From Phycisphaerales bacterium (GTDB taxonomy: Bacteria; Bacteroidota; Bacteroidia; Chitinophagales; Chitinophagaceae), in contig JASGCQ010000003.1 of assembly GCA_030054025.1 (NCBI GenBank), positions 182-64,181 of the forward strand: a stretch of DNA of 64,000 nt. Reading direction: 5' to 3'. The notes below the pieces were generated by a model. It did no database searches. It was not told the DNA's origin and worked only from the letters and a program-made list of their open reading frames with translations. How positions within the stretch are numbered: the first letter of the stretch is position 1; each line of letters opens with the position of its first letter. A program made the translations under genes and the position numbers. This document shows, one piece after another, positions 10,786 to 20,396 of this stretch.

Positions 10786-11316
10786 TTACGGTGTTACTAG
10801 TTGCACTATTTTAATTTCGTCATCCTTTTTACAAAAGGCATCCATTTCTAATTTTACGATTTTAGTACCTACTGTTGCACTAAAATTAATCTGTACTCCA
10901 TTTCTAAAGATTTGAATATTATTTTCATCAAAAACAATATCAGGACAAAGAAATGTAGAATCACCTGCGCTCGCAGTATATACAATTTTTAGCTGTCGCG
11001 CTTTCTGCCCATTACACATATTCTGCCACTCGCTTCCATTATATACACACAAGCAGGTGCTGTCTGTGTTGTAAATCATCATCCCCTTACTACTAGCTGT
11101 TACCGGAACCGAATTCATTTGTGCGGTATTCAACCGAACATTCAGAAAACCTTTATTCGTACTTTCCAATTCCATTAAGGAACCGAGCTGAATAGATGTT
11201 CTGTTTTCTCCAAATTTGGCTTGGGCAAACGCATTGCCCTGAAGCAACAAACATAGCAAAGCAATCAGTAAAATAAATTTACTCTTTTTAATGCTTGCTG
11301 TATCGGTAAAAAACAT
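10786..11316 (-). CDS. Small secreted protein of the fibre cluster
   Basis: Signal peptide ...AFAQ; LMELESTNKGFLNVRLNTAQMN...GMMIYNTD..CLCVYNGSEW module common in Bacteroidota fibre-like proteins; C-terminal IFRNGV domain. Confidence 0.7.
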   Translation of the reverse strand: MFFTDTASIKKSKFILLIALLCLLLQGNAFAQAKFGENRTSIQLGSLMELESTNKGFLNVRLNTAQMNSVPVTASSKGMMIYNTDSTCLCVYNGSEWQNMCNGQKARQLKIVYTASAGDSTFLCPDIVFDENNIQIFRNGVQINFSATVGTKIVKLEMDAFCKKDDEIKIVQLVTP

Positions 11317-11442
11317 TTTATAAATCTAATTTGTCTAGTTGCTGAAATCAATTTATGTTCTCACAGATTACGTTTCAAAAACTTTTTCAAAATTACCAAA
11401 AGTTGAATTTAAAAAAATGCCAACTCAAAAAAAAAATAAATG

Positions 11443-11475
11443 CAAAGGTACATATTAAAATGTGAAAAAACCAAA
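11443..11475 (-). promoter_or_regulatory. Consensus Bacteroidota sigmaA promoter for the fibre cluster
   Basis: Minus strand TTTG (11475-11472), 21-nt spacer, TACCTTTG (11450-11443). Confidence 0.7.
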
Positions 11476-11570
11476 TTTTTATTCTAAAATATTGAAAGCT
11501 GCGAGGCTAGGTACGCTCAGAAATCGAAATAATACCCATTCGACAACAAAGCAATTACGAAATAGGAGTA

Positions 11571-11602
11571 CCCTCTCCTTCGGAGTGGGTATAGGGCTGA
11601 GG
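11571..11602. repeat. Degenerate REP-like palindrome
   Basis: CCCTCTCCTTCGGAGTGGG-TATAGGGCTGAGG resembles the widespread CCCTCTCC..GGAGAGGG..GGGGTGAGG intergenic palindrome (recognised from memory). Confidence 0.35.
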
Positions 11603-11693
11603 TCAATTCTGGATACTGTGCAAAATAGTTGTCTGATTGGTATAATAATAGAAAATCGTTATAGCACTAAACCTTATTCTGTCTGATACCTGT

Positions 11694-11734
11694 AAAAAAA
11701 ACAAGGGTCAAACAAAAATTTATTTGACCCTTGT
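11694..11734 (-). terminator. Intrinsic terminator after plsX
   Basis: ACAAGGGTCAAA...TTTGACCCTTGT hairpin with an A-tract on the left (U-tract on minus). Confidence 0.8.
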
Positions 11735-11753
11735 ATAGCAGGAATAAATGAAA

Positions 11754-12701
11754 TTACCCCCTAAAAGAATTTTGGAATGCTTCAATCAATTTCGAATTGA
11801 CAATCTTTTCGATATTGGCAATCATATTATGAAATGCCCGAGCAGAAGAAATACCATGACCTATCATTACTGGGGCATTAATCCCCAATATAGGCGTACC
11901 GCCATATATTTCGTAATTGAAATTATCTAAAAAATCATCTTCGATCTTGCGCTCTTCTTTGAATATATGGTACACCGACTCAGCCAATTTCAAGACAATA
12001 TTACCCACAAAACCTTCACACACAAAAATGTCTGCCTTATCTAAAAATATATCTCTTCCTTCCGTATTGCCGACAAAGTTGATATTTTTAGCTTCTTTCA
12101 GCATTGGATAGGTAGCTTGTGCCAAAATATTTCCTTTTCCTTCTTCTTCTCCAATATTTAATAGCGAAACCCTTGGATGTTCAATCCCCATGACCAAATC
12201 AAGGTAGGCAGTACCCAATTGGGCAAACTGAACCAAATGTTCGGGTTTACAATCGGCATTAATACCCACATCTAGCAATAGATTGAAACGGCCATCTTGA
12301 CGAGGCACGAAGGAAGCTATTGTTGGTCTTAATACTCCATCTATGGTTTTGACAGAATACATAGCACCCACCAACATGGCTCCTGTATTACCGGCACCGA
12401 TAAAGGCATCAATTTTTTTCAAACCCAACATACCGAATCCAATAGCAATACTGGAATTGGGCTTTTCTTTAAAAGCTTTGGTGGGGTGCTCGTCCATCTC
12501 AATCATTTGAGTAGATGGCACAAAGGTGTAACGGTTCTTATAGGCTTCTATTAACGAAAAATAGGGCGAAACCGCTTGGGTATCGCCTATTAAGGTCAAA
12601 TGAACAGAAGTGTCGGTATTATTTTCAAAATAATTTTGAACGCCTTTCACGGCTTCAAGTGGCGCAAAATCACCACCCATCATATCTATACCTATATTCA
12701 T
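11754..12701 (-). CDS. plsX: Phosphate acyltransferase PlsX
   Basis: IGIDMMGGDFAP, GNTGA, LRPTIA, LLDVGINADCKPEHL.QFA, LLNIGEEEGKG, KADIFVCEGFVGN, IGHGISS. Confidence 0.96.
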   Translation of the reverse strand: MNIGIDMMGGDFAPLEAVKGVQNYFENNTDTSVHLTLIGDTQAVSPYFSLIEAYKNRYTFVPSTQMIEMDEHPTKAFKEKPNSSIAIGFGMLGLKKIDAFIGAGNTGAMLVGAMYSVKTIDGVLRPTIASFVPRQDGRFNLLLDVGINADCKPEHLVQFAQLGTAYLDLVMGIEHPRVSLLNIGEEEGKGNILAQATYPMLKEAKNINFVGNTEGRDIFLDKADIFVCEGFVGNIVLKLAESVYHIFKEERKIEDDFLDNFNYEIYGGTPILGINAPVMIGHGISSARAFHNMIANIEKIVNSKLIEAFQNSFRG

Positions 12702-12736
12702 CGGAATGAAGAGTAAGCGTGTGTTAGTACAAAGAA

Positions 12737-12952
12737 TTATTGCGCTGTACCGGTATCAGTTGCGGTAGCAGGAACTTTATCAATAATCACGTTGCCGCGA
12801 TAATACATTTTCCCTTCTACCCAATGTGCACGGTGACGCAAATGGCTCTCGCCTGTTACGGCATCTACGCTCCAAGTTTCGGCAGTAGCTTTATAATGCG
12901 TGCGGCGTTTTGCGCTTCTTTGTTGCGAGTGTCTGCGTTTAGGATTTGGCAT
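12737..12952 (-). CDS. rpmF: 50S ribosomal protein L32
   Basis: [21 protein letters not shown]...HLRHRA...YYRG; lies between yceD and plsX. Confidence 0.95.
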   Translation of the reverse strand: MPNPKRRHSQQRSAKRRTHYKATAETWSVDAVTGESHLRHRAHWVEGKMYYRGNVIIDKVPATATDTGTAQ

Positions 12953-12954
12953 TG

Positions 12955-13524
12955 TTATTTATTTTTATGCTTGTTATTATTCTTGTTTATTTTGACGGAT
13001 TCTAATCCTTTCCAAATATCATTCTTTTTTTCTTGTGGTTGTTCTGCGAGCTGTCCTAATAATTTCAAGACCTCTTTATTGCAACCGCTTGCTCCATTGG
13101 CTTTATCAGCATGAATTCTTTGTAAAGGTATGCTCAATACAGTAAATTCATAGAGCCATTTTCGAATATCTAAAACTGTCTCGCTGCGTGGAATAAATAC
13201 TACATCAGCATCTTCTTCCATCTCTTCAGCTGTTTCGGTATCGCTTAGCTTGACAATCAAATCAAATTCATCCCAAAGCTGCATGTTCAATTCATCTCCA
13301 CAACGATCGCAAAGCGTCAAGAACTCACCTCCTATATCGAAATGAAGCTCAAAAAAATTGGCATGTTTTTCAAATTTAAGTGTCACGGAAGCCCTCACCT
13401 CTTTCACATCTTCAGGAATCTCTCCTTGCTCTGCCAAAAAATCGCTATTGAGCTGATATTCAAATATATGCTCGCCTAACTTTAATCCTTGCCAAGCCAG
13501 CTCAAATTCCATACTGCGTTTCAT
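12955..13524 (-). CDS. yceD: YceD/DUF177 family protein (likely start 13524)
   Basis: CDRC motif, [11 protein letters not shown]-terminal DIWKGL; upstream of rpmF. Confidence 0.88.
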   Translation of the reverse strand: MKRSMEFELAWQGLKLGEHIFEYQLNSDFLAEQGEIPEDVKEVRASVTLKFEKHANFFELHFDIGGEFLTLCDRCGDELNMQLWDEFDLIVKLSDTETAEEMEEDADVVFIPRSETVLDIRKWLYEFTVLSIPLQRIHADKANGASGCNKEVLKLLGQLAEQPQEKKNDIWKGLESVKINKNNNKHKNK

Positions 13525-13614
13525 AACTGTACCGCTTTTATTTGTGCTGTTATTAAAGAACTTTTCGCCCATTTTTTGCAAACGGAGTGCAAAGATAGGT
13601 TATTTCTCAATTTC

Positions 13615-14517
13615 TTATTGCATTTTATTTCGCTTGAGCAAAAAAGAATGCAAAATTTTGTCAACAGGCTCAGTCAAATCTATCTCTACCCTGCTGATAT
13701 TATATTGATAACATTGACTTTCAATCTTTTTTCGGAACAAGTCCATCTCTTTTAAGTACTGGTCTTTCATCTGACTCGGTTGCAATTTTACCCGTGTACC
13801 CGTTTCCAAATCTACAAACTCGTAGGGGCGATTTTCGAATTCGAATTGGAGTTCTTGCTGCTTATCCATAACATGAAACAAGATAACCTCGTGTTTGTTA
13901 TATCGCAAATGTTGTAAGGAATCAAATAAGGCATCCATTTGCTCAACATCATCTACCATATCGCTGATTATAATCACCAGGGAGCGTCGGTGAATTTGCT
14001 CGGCTATCTGATGAATAGACTGTGCAATGTTTGAGGTTTTATTGGTCGCTTCAAGGTCAAAGACACTCGAAATCTTCGTCATCAAGGAGCGATAATGTGT
14101 TGGTGCTGAACGACAATCGGAATTAAAATAAATCTGCTCGTCAAACAAAGCCAATGAGCAGGCATCCAATTGTCGCTTCAACAATTGCAACAAAGAGGCG
14201 GCGGCAACACAGGCGTATTGCAACTTGCTCAATTTTTCTTTTTCTTGAGGAAACTGCATTGAAGAAGAGGTGTCCACCATAATACAGCAACGCAGATTGG
14301 TTTCTTCTTCATATTTCTTGACAAACAGCTTATCGCTACGCCCAAAAACACGCCAATCGATATGCCGAAGCGCATCACCAGGATTGTATTGACGATGCTC
14401 GGCAAACTCTACCGAAAAGCCATGAAAGGGACTCTTGTGCAAGCCAATAATAAAACCCTCTACTGCCTGTTGGGCAATCAGTTCAAGATTATCGGCTGTG
14501 GGTTTTATGGCGAACAT
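13615..14517 (-). CDS. DUF58 domain protein (vWA-related, MoxR partner)
   Basis: GLHKSPFHGFSVEFAEHRQYNPGD.LRHIDWRVFGRSDKLFVKKYEEETNLR. Confidence 0.93.
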   Translation of the reverse strand: MFAIKPTADNLELIAQQAVEGFIIGLHKSPFHGFSVEFAEHRQYNPGDALRHIDWRVFGRSDKLFVKKYEEETNLRCCIMVDTSSSMQFPQEKEKLSKLQYACVAAASLLQLLKRQLDACSLALFDEQIYFNSDCRSAPTHYRSLMTKISSVFDLEATNKTSNIAQSIHQIAEQIHRRSLVIIISDMVDDVEQMDALFDSLQHLRYNKHEVILFHVMDKQQELQFEFENRPYEFVDLETGTRVKLQPSQMKDQYLKEMDLFRKKIESQCYQYNISRVEIDLTEPVDKILHSFLLKRNKMQ

Positions 14518-14524
14518 GTTTTTA

Positions 14525-14866
14525 TTATTTATCAGTCAATACTCTTTTCAATTCTTCAATTTGTTGTGCAGTTAGTGTAAGGTGCAAATTGCCATTATTA
14601 AATGGACTTAGAAGGTTGTTTTGAATGCCAACATTACTACCAACAGTTTTACCTATTAGCTCATTAACAGTAATGTCTAAAGCCTCGCAAATTTTGAAAA
14701 GGTTATTAATCGTAATCTGGGTATGTCCACTTTCTATTCGAGAATATGTATTGGGAGAAATGTCTAATTTTGTAGCAATATAGGATTGCAAAATACTTTT
14801 ATGCTCTCTAAGTTCTCTTATTTTTGCTGCGATTTTCTTATTATTGTCCATAATTTTTTTATTCAA
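14525..14866 (-). CDS. XRE-family helix-turn-helix transcriptional regulator
   Basis: KIRELREHKSILQSYIATKLDISPNTYSRIESG...INNLFKICEALDIT. Confidence 0.9.
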   Translation of the reverse strand: MNKKIMDNNKKIAAKIRELREHKSILQSYIATKLDISPNTYSRIESGHTQITINNLFKICEALDITVNELIGKTVGSNVGIQNNLLSPFNNGNLHLTLTAQQIEELKRVLTDK

Positions 14867-14968
14867 AGTACTGAATTTTTGAACTTAGTTCCAAATTTTT
14901 GATTTATTTTAGGCAATAATAAGGCTAATTTTTATTATTGTAATTCACTTTTTAAAAATTATACGATT

Positions 14969-15373
14969 ATGAAAAAAACAAGCTTTATCGTATTAGCAAT
15001 AGGTTTGCTAATTTTGTCTGCATTATCTTCATGCAAAAAAGAAGAAGTTAAAAAGGTTCCTTTGACAGCAAATAAAAGTAATATCTCAAATCTTGCTAAA
15101 AAAGGTGGAGTATGGTATGGTAGTTATTCATGTGAGACCGAAGCAGGAAAAGAAGGATGCGAATGTGTAATAACAACCGATGAAGAAACTTGTTCTATGC
15201 CTAAAGATTGTGGATCATCGTTCTTTTATCCAACGTATAATACTTTGCTTCACACCTTGTATACACCAACGCAAATTGCAATTATGTGTCAACAAGGAGA
15301 CCCTATTACAAACCCCGCTTTACTAAACGCCTTATTAGCCGATGGTTTTCCTGCAATTGTCCCGCAACCATAA
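14969..15373 (+). CDS. Small Cys-rich lipoprotein
   Basis: Lipobox LSSC followed by KKEE; cluster YSC..E.GKEGCEC.....EETC..PKDC. Confidence 0.75.
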   Translation: MKKTSFIVLAIGLLILSALSSCKKEEVKKVPLTANKSNISNLAKKGGVWYGSYSCETEAGKEGCECVITTDEETCSMPKDCGSSFFYPTYNTLLHTLYTPTQIAIMCQQGDPITNPALLNALLADGFPAIVPQP

Positions 15374-16580
15374 TTATAAAAATCTAAAACATAGCAACAT
15401 AACGGACAATTTTTATATATCCGTTGTGTTGCTATTTATTGTTTTTAGCATTGTTACATCTTGTGGAGTACAAAAAATGAAAGTTCCTCAATATAAACAT
15501 TATAGTAGCAATTTTTTGCCACTATTTAGTATTAATACAAATAGAGGAGACGTTGAGGCATTAATTTCTAATGACGAGGAACATCAGTATTTAATGACCT
15601 GCAAAGGTGAGTTTGTTTTTTTGGTAGATGTGCTTAAAGATAGCATTATTCGAACTTATAATTTATCAAATTACAAACAATCCACAATAATAGATAGCAT
15701 AGAGACTTTTATACCAGTATCAATATCTGCCCCAGATACAGCAAATTTTGCTATTTTATGTCTTGGTACAGGTGATAATAAGGATAATCCGACTCTTTAT
15801 ATATATCAAGCAGGTCATTTTAAAAAAACACATTACGATTACAATACTAATGGGCATGTAATTTATAAACATGCGAATATTCAGTATTTTCCAAAATATA
15901 ATATTGTAGTCTGCCATGTTATGCCTATTAATGGACGAGAAATTCCAAAAGATCAACGCCTTAATTGGGAAGCTTTTAAAGCATATCGTACTGATAAGGA
16001 TAGCTCTTATTTGTTACCCCTCATACACCCGAAACGATATTTTGGTTATACATATGGAATACCCCATGTTCATACTAGTAGTACGGGCAAGTATTTGATA
16101 GTAAGCTTTGGATACGATGAATATGTCTATAAAGTTGATTTGTCTAATAACACTATCGAAAAGCGAATTGTAATTGGGGCAACTAATGATTTGAACATTT
16201 CACCTACCAAAGGTAAAAAAGGTGTTGAATTAAAAGACGCTTTGTTAAAGGCTACCAAAAATAATGATTCTTATGGCATCGCTTTATGGGATACTATTAG
16301 TAATACTGTAATGCGTACCTATTACCCTAAACTACCTGAAAAAAAGCCTTCTGGTGCATACTTTTCGAATTCTGAAAAATCTTGCCATTTACTTTTATCA
16401 ACCCCTAAAAATCAATTTGAGTATATGTTACCAGGCAGCGATTTTTATAAGAGTGATATTACCAATTGGTTTTATAACGCAGAATCTGGTTATTATAATT
16501 TTGTAAAAGTTTTACCTCATGATAACAATAAAAAAGTTTGGAATTATTACATTGTTGGTGTGGAGTTGTATCAGCATTAA
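15342..16580 (+). CDS. Putative lipoprotein, DUF4221-like beta-propeller (true start probably near 15427)
   Basis: Hydrophobic stretch ending VTSC; LIVSFGYDEYVYKVD and SYG..LWD.....MRTY segments resemble DUF4221-type proteins. Confidence 0.5.
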   Translation: MVFLQLSRNHNYKNLKHSNITDNFYISVVLLFIVFSIVTSCGVQKMKVPQYKHYSSNFLPLFSINTNRGDVEALISNDEEHQYLMTCKGEFVFLVDVLKDSIIRTYNLSNYKQSTIIDSIETFIPVSISAPDTANFAILCLGTGDNKDNPTLYIYQAGHFKKTHYDYNTNGHVIYKHANIQYFPKYNIVVCHVMPINGREIPKDQRLNWEAFKAYRTDKDSSYLLPLIHPKRYFGYTYGIPHVHTSSTGKYLIVSFGYDEYVYKVDLSNNTIEKRIVIGATNDLNISPTKGKKGVELKDALLKATKNNDSYGIALWDTISNTVMRTYYPKLPEKKPSGAYFSNSEKSCHLLLSTPKNQFEYMLPGSDFYKSDITNWFYNAESGYYNFVKVLPHDNNKKVWNYYIVGVELYQH

Positions 16581-16923
16581 CCAAGATAGTTTTGCTCAGG
16601 CTAAGAAACTATACGATAAAGAAGAAGATGTAATTAATTTCTTTAAAAAAAATAAAATAGACACCAAAGAAGCAGATATTTTATTGATTCCTGCAACTGA
16701 TTGTATCGCTTGTTTAAAGGGGGATATTACTTTTATAAAATCAATTCCTAATACCATAATTATGGTAATGGAAGGACAAACATGTCCGATAGGATTTGAA
16801 ATGAATAAGTGTATTTTTTACAAAGAAAAAACTGCAAATAATTTTGGTATCTTAAGATTTTATATTCAGTATTTTAAAGTGAAAAGTGATAAGATTACAG
16901 AATATAAAGCTATTAATAATTAG
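16519..16923 (+). CDS. Small secreted protein with a CxxC motif (thioredoxin-like?)
   Basis: Signal peptide ...SFAQ; ILLIPATDCIAC; overlaps the upstream gene. Confidence 0.5.
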   Translation: MITIKKFGIITLLVWSCISINQDSFAQAKKLYDKEEDVINFFKKNKIDTKEADILLIPATDCIACLKGDITFIKSIPNTIIMVMEGQTCPIGFEMNKCIFYKEKTANNFGILRFYIQYFKVKSDKITEYKAINN

Positions 16924-16948
16924 GGTTGAAGTGTTTTTAGCTCATTTG

Positions 16949-17617
16949 TTATCTACTCCCAAACAACATACTCCCAATCCGCACCATTGTACTCCCCTCT
17001 TCAATGGCCATTTTGTAGTCGCCACTCATACCCATAGAGCAGGTATCAAAATAGGGCTTTCCAATAAAGAAACTTTTTTTCATTTGTCGGAATGCCGTAA
17101 AAATCTGCTGCATCTCAACCCGAAGTTGCAGTGTATCATCGGTAAAGCTAGCCATTCCCATAATCCCTCTTATGCGAATATGGGTCAAATTTTGTTGTTG
17201 AGCAGAGTAATATTCCAAGCAAGTCATCAATTCATTTTCGTCCATACCGTATTTTGTTTCCTCTTCGGCAACATGCAATTGCAACAGGACATCAATCACT
17301 CTATTGTACTTTGCTGCTTGCTTTTCGATTTCTTGCAATAGTTTAAAACTATCTACCGCATGTATCAAATGCACAAAAGGGACAATCATTTTTACTTTAT
17401 TGCTTTGCAAATGCCCAATGTAATGCCATTGAATATCTTTGGGCAGGGTAGATTGCTTCTCCAGCAATTCCTGTACATAATTTTCGCCAAAATCTCTTTG
17501 CCCCAAAGCATACAATTCTTCAATCGCAGCTATCGGTTTGGTTTTGGAGACTGCAACTAAGGTCACTTTATTGTCTTTACAGTATTCTTTCAGTTGGTGG
17601 TATTTATCTTGGCTCAT
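16949..17617 (-). CDS. yggS: YggS family PLP homeostasis protein
   Basis: LVAVSKTKP, FGENYVQEL, WHYIGHLQSNKVK, SMGMSGDY..AIEEGSTMVRIGS. Confidence 0.96.
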   Translation of the reverse strand: MSQDKYHQLKEYCKDNKVTLVAVSKTKPIAAIEELYALGQRDFGENYVQELLEKQSTLPKDIQWHYIGHLQSNKVKMIVPFVHLIHAVDSFKLLQEIEKQAAKYNRVIDVLLQLHVAEEETKYGMDENELMTCLEYYSAQQQNLTHIRIRGIMGMASFTDDTLQLRVEMQQIFTAFRQMKKSFFIGKPYFDTCSMGMSGDYKMAIEEGSTMVRIGSMLFGSR

Positions 17618-17653
17618 CTTTTTGGCTTACACTCTTTTCTTATCCTAAAAACG

Positions 17654-18046
17654 CTATTGAGCCTTTCTGACACTCAAAAAATCCATTTGGCTCACCAAAC
17701 CATCCCTTGGCTCTGCTTCTTGGTTTGTTTCATTTTGGGTGACAATAATTTTGCCATGTTCCAATTTAGAGTCTTTACCAAACAATCTCAAAGCCATAGA
17801 AGCCAAATCATTAGCTATCTGCTGGCGTTTCATTTCATCTGCTCCATACAAATCTTCGGAGCCGAGCGCAATTACCAAATTATCATTGTTTTGAACATTG
17901 ATAATAATGGATGCAACGGTGGGATAATTAGCAGAAATGGAATCTTTCATTTGAGTCATTACTTTCATATTGCCTTCGCTGGTAGCACAAGAAACAATAA
18001 GAGTAACGAAAAGTACACTAAGTATTATTTTGGACAAGGATTTCAT
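17654..18046 (-). CDS. Hypothetical lipoprotein
   Basis: MKSLSKIILSVLFVTLIVSC lipobox. Confidence 0.7.
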   Translation of the reverse strand: MKSLSKIILSVLFVTLIVSCATSEGNMKVMTQMKDSISANYPTVASIIINVQNNDNLVIALGSEDLYGADEMKRQQIANDLASMALRLFGKDSKLEHGKIIVTQNETNQEAEPRDGLVSQMDFLSVRKAQ

Positions 18047-18084
18047 TTTGATGAATTTTATTTAGAGTAAACAATAAACCTGAG

Positions 18085-18936
18085 TTAGATATAATGCTCC
18101 ATTTCCGATAATTTGAACGTCTGTTTGACACGCACTCCCTTATCAGTATGTTGTACGGTAGCGCATTCTATAGAAGGGTCGTGTTCAAAGAAAAGCACCC
18201 AATTATTATCAGCAGCCAACTGTAAAATTTCTTTCTTTTCATTTAAAGTCTCAATCGGCTGCATATCATAAGCCATCACCCATGGAATACTAAGATGAGC
18301 TGCACTGGGTATCAAATCGGCACAAAACAATATATGTGTACCCCTATAAGGGATTAGAGGCAACATCATACTCTCCGTATGCCCTTTCATAAATCGTACT
18401 TTAATCCCTTCTTTCCATTCGCCACCATCGTGAGTGCTTACAAATTCGAGTTTTCCACTCTCTTTAATTGGTATGATATTTTCTTTCAAAAAAGATGCCT
18501 TTTCACGATCGTTAGAATTTGTGGCAGCTTTCCAGTGCAATTTATCACTCCAATAAACGGCATTTTTAAATGCCGGAATCAATTGCTCCTCTACTCGCTT
18601 GATAGCTCCGCCACAATGGTCAAAATGCAAGTGAGTCAGAAATACATCCGTAATAGAGTCTAAGGTATAACCCAAATGTTCTAAAGAAGATTCAAGAGAA
18701 TCTGCACCATGTAAATAAAAATGACTGAAAAATTTTTCGTCTTGCTTGTCGCCAATACCACAATCTACCAATATGCGCGAATGCCCCGTATCTATGAGCA
18801 TACAACGCATAGCCCAGGTGCACATATTCGCTTCATCGGCAGGATTTACTTTTTGCCACATACTCTTGGGTACCACACCATGCATAGCACCTCCATCAAG
18901 TTTGAATAAGCCAGTGTTGATGGTATAAATTTTCAT
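18085..18936 (-). CDS. MBL-fold metallo-hydrolase (likely start 18936)
   Basis: FKLDGGAMHGVVPK, THLHFDHCGG, GHT, DLIP, FEHD metal-binding motifs. Confidence 0.92.
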   Translation of the reverse strand: MKIYTINTGLFKLDGGAMHGVVPKSMWQKVNPADEANMCTWAMRCMLIDTGHSRILVDCGIGDKQDEKFFSHFYLHGADSLESSLEHLGYTLDSITDVFLTHLHFDHCGGAIKRVEEQLIPAFKNAVYWSDKLHWKAATNSNDREKASFLKENIIPIKESGKLEFVSTHDGGEWKEGIKVRFMKGHTESMMLPLIPYRGTHILFCADLIPSAAHLSIPWVMAYDMQPIETLNEKKEILQLAADNNWVLFFEHDPSIECATVQHTDKGVRVKQTFKLSEMEHYI

Positions 18937-19005
18937 TATGATATCTTTTATGAAAGCAATGTACGCTAAAAAAGGGAACAAGATACTTGTGCTAAAAATA
19001 AGACT

Positions 19006-20334
19006 TTATTCGATTGTGCCTGTTGGATTATTTTTACCTAAAGCAATCCAAAGCAAGCACATACCCACCACAAAAAAAACAATCAGCGCCAATATGGAGT
19101 AGCGCATGGAAGATAGTATATGCTCTATCAGAGCAAAGGAAAACATCCCCAACACAATGGACATCTTTTCCATCACATCATAAAGACTAAAGAACGAAGC
19201 TGTATCCTGAGTGCCTGATGGCAGTAATTTGGAGTAGGTAGAGCGGCTCAACGACTGAATGCCGCCCATCAATAAACCTACACATACTGCAAGTATATAA
19301 AATTGGATATTAGTATAAGTAAAATAGGCAGCAATGCAAATACCCACCCATAGCACAACAACGCCCAACAAGACTTGCATATTTCCAAAACGCTTCGATA
19401 AACGTGCCATAAGCATAGCCCCTGCAATAGCTATAATTTGAATAATGAGAATAGCGGGTATTAAATCTTCGGCTTTCATGGCCACCCAATGACCATCCAC
19501 CATTTTTTTAATTTCTTTACTCCCGAAAATGGTAGCAGCCAACATCACGGTCTGCACCCCCATGCTGTAAAAGAAAAAAGCGGGCAAATACGCTTTTAAT
19601 TTGGGCATTTGCTTGGCTTGTTGCCATACTTTGTGCAATTCTTTAAAACCTCCAATCCAGACATTTTGTTGCTTATCTTCACTCAAAGCCCCCCCCTTTG
19701 GTAAAAATCTAAAACTAATTTGAGCAAATACCAGCCACCAAATACCTACCAATAAAAAGGAAAAGCGATATTGAATATTGTCGGTTTTAGCCGCACCTAA
19801 TAATTCAGGATAAAATACAAAAACAAAACATAACAATTGTAAAATCACACTACCAATATATCCGTAGGTAAAACCTTTGGCACTCAACTTATCTTGCTCT
19901 TCCACAGTCGCTATTTCGGGCAGGTAAGCATTGTAAAAAACAAGGCTACCGCAATACCCTATGGCCGCCAACATGGACAGTATTATCCCCAACTCAGTAT
20001 GCCCTGGGCGAAACCAAAATAACCCCATGCAAGCCAAAGCGCCTAAGTAACAATAAAATTGCATGTAGCGTTTTTTATTGCCCTCGTAATCTGCAACGGA
20101 AGAAAGGATGGGAGATAATAAGGCGATGATGAAATAGGCCAAAGACAAAGAATATTCGAGCAAAGTGCTATTGACCATCTGCCAACCAAAGAAGTTGATT
20201 TTTTTACCCGAATCGCCTCCCGTAATCGCAATATAATAAGCAGGAAAAATGGTAGAAGTAATGACCAAATTGTAGGCAGAATTTGCCCAATCGTACATAG
20301 CCCAAGCATTTTGTATCTTCTTAGTAGCTTCCAT
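19006..20334 (-). CDS. MFS transporter (UMF1/ATG22-like)
   Basis: AWAMYDWANSAY, VFYNAYLPEIA, GGIQSLSRSTYSKL; about 12 TM helices. Confidence 0.9.
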   Translation of the reverse strand: MEATKKIQNAWAMYDWANSAYNLVITSTIFPAYYIAITGGDSGKKINFFGWQMVNSTLLEYSLSLAYFIIALLSPILSSVADYEGNKKRYMQFYCYLGALACMGLFWFRPGHTELGIILSMLAAIGYCGSLVFYNAYLPEIATVEEQDKLSAKGFTYGYIGSVILQLLCFVFVFYPELLGAAKTDNIQYRFSFLLVGIWWLVFAQISFRFLPKGGALSEDKQQNVWIGGFKELHKVWQQAKQMPKLKAYLPAFFFYSMGVQTVMLAATIFGSKEIKKMVDGHWVAMKAEDLIPAILIIQIIAIAGAMLMARLSKRFGNMQVLLGVVVLWVGICIAAYFTYTNIQFYILAVCVGLLMGGIQSLSRSTYSKLLPSGTQDTASFFSLYDVMEKMSIVLGMFSFALIEHILSSMRYSILALIVFFVVGMCLLWIALGKNNPTGTIE

Positions 20335-20396
20335 ATTGCGCTACAAAAGAAACTGAATTTTTTCAGCTTTCAAAAGAATTGGGAGAATAGATAGTT

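Noticed and set aside
11427-11436. A10 tract just downstream of the fibre-cluster -7 box as a phase-variation site
   Set aside because: Homopolymer A/T runs of 8-10 are frequent throughout these AT-rich intergenic regions, and this one lies outside the -33/-7 spacer.
11462-11686. 74-aa ORF between the fibre cluster and plsX
   Set aside because: Overlaps a promoter and a REP-like palindrome; no recognisable protein features.
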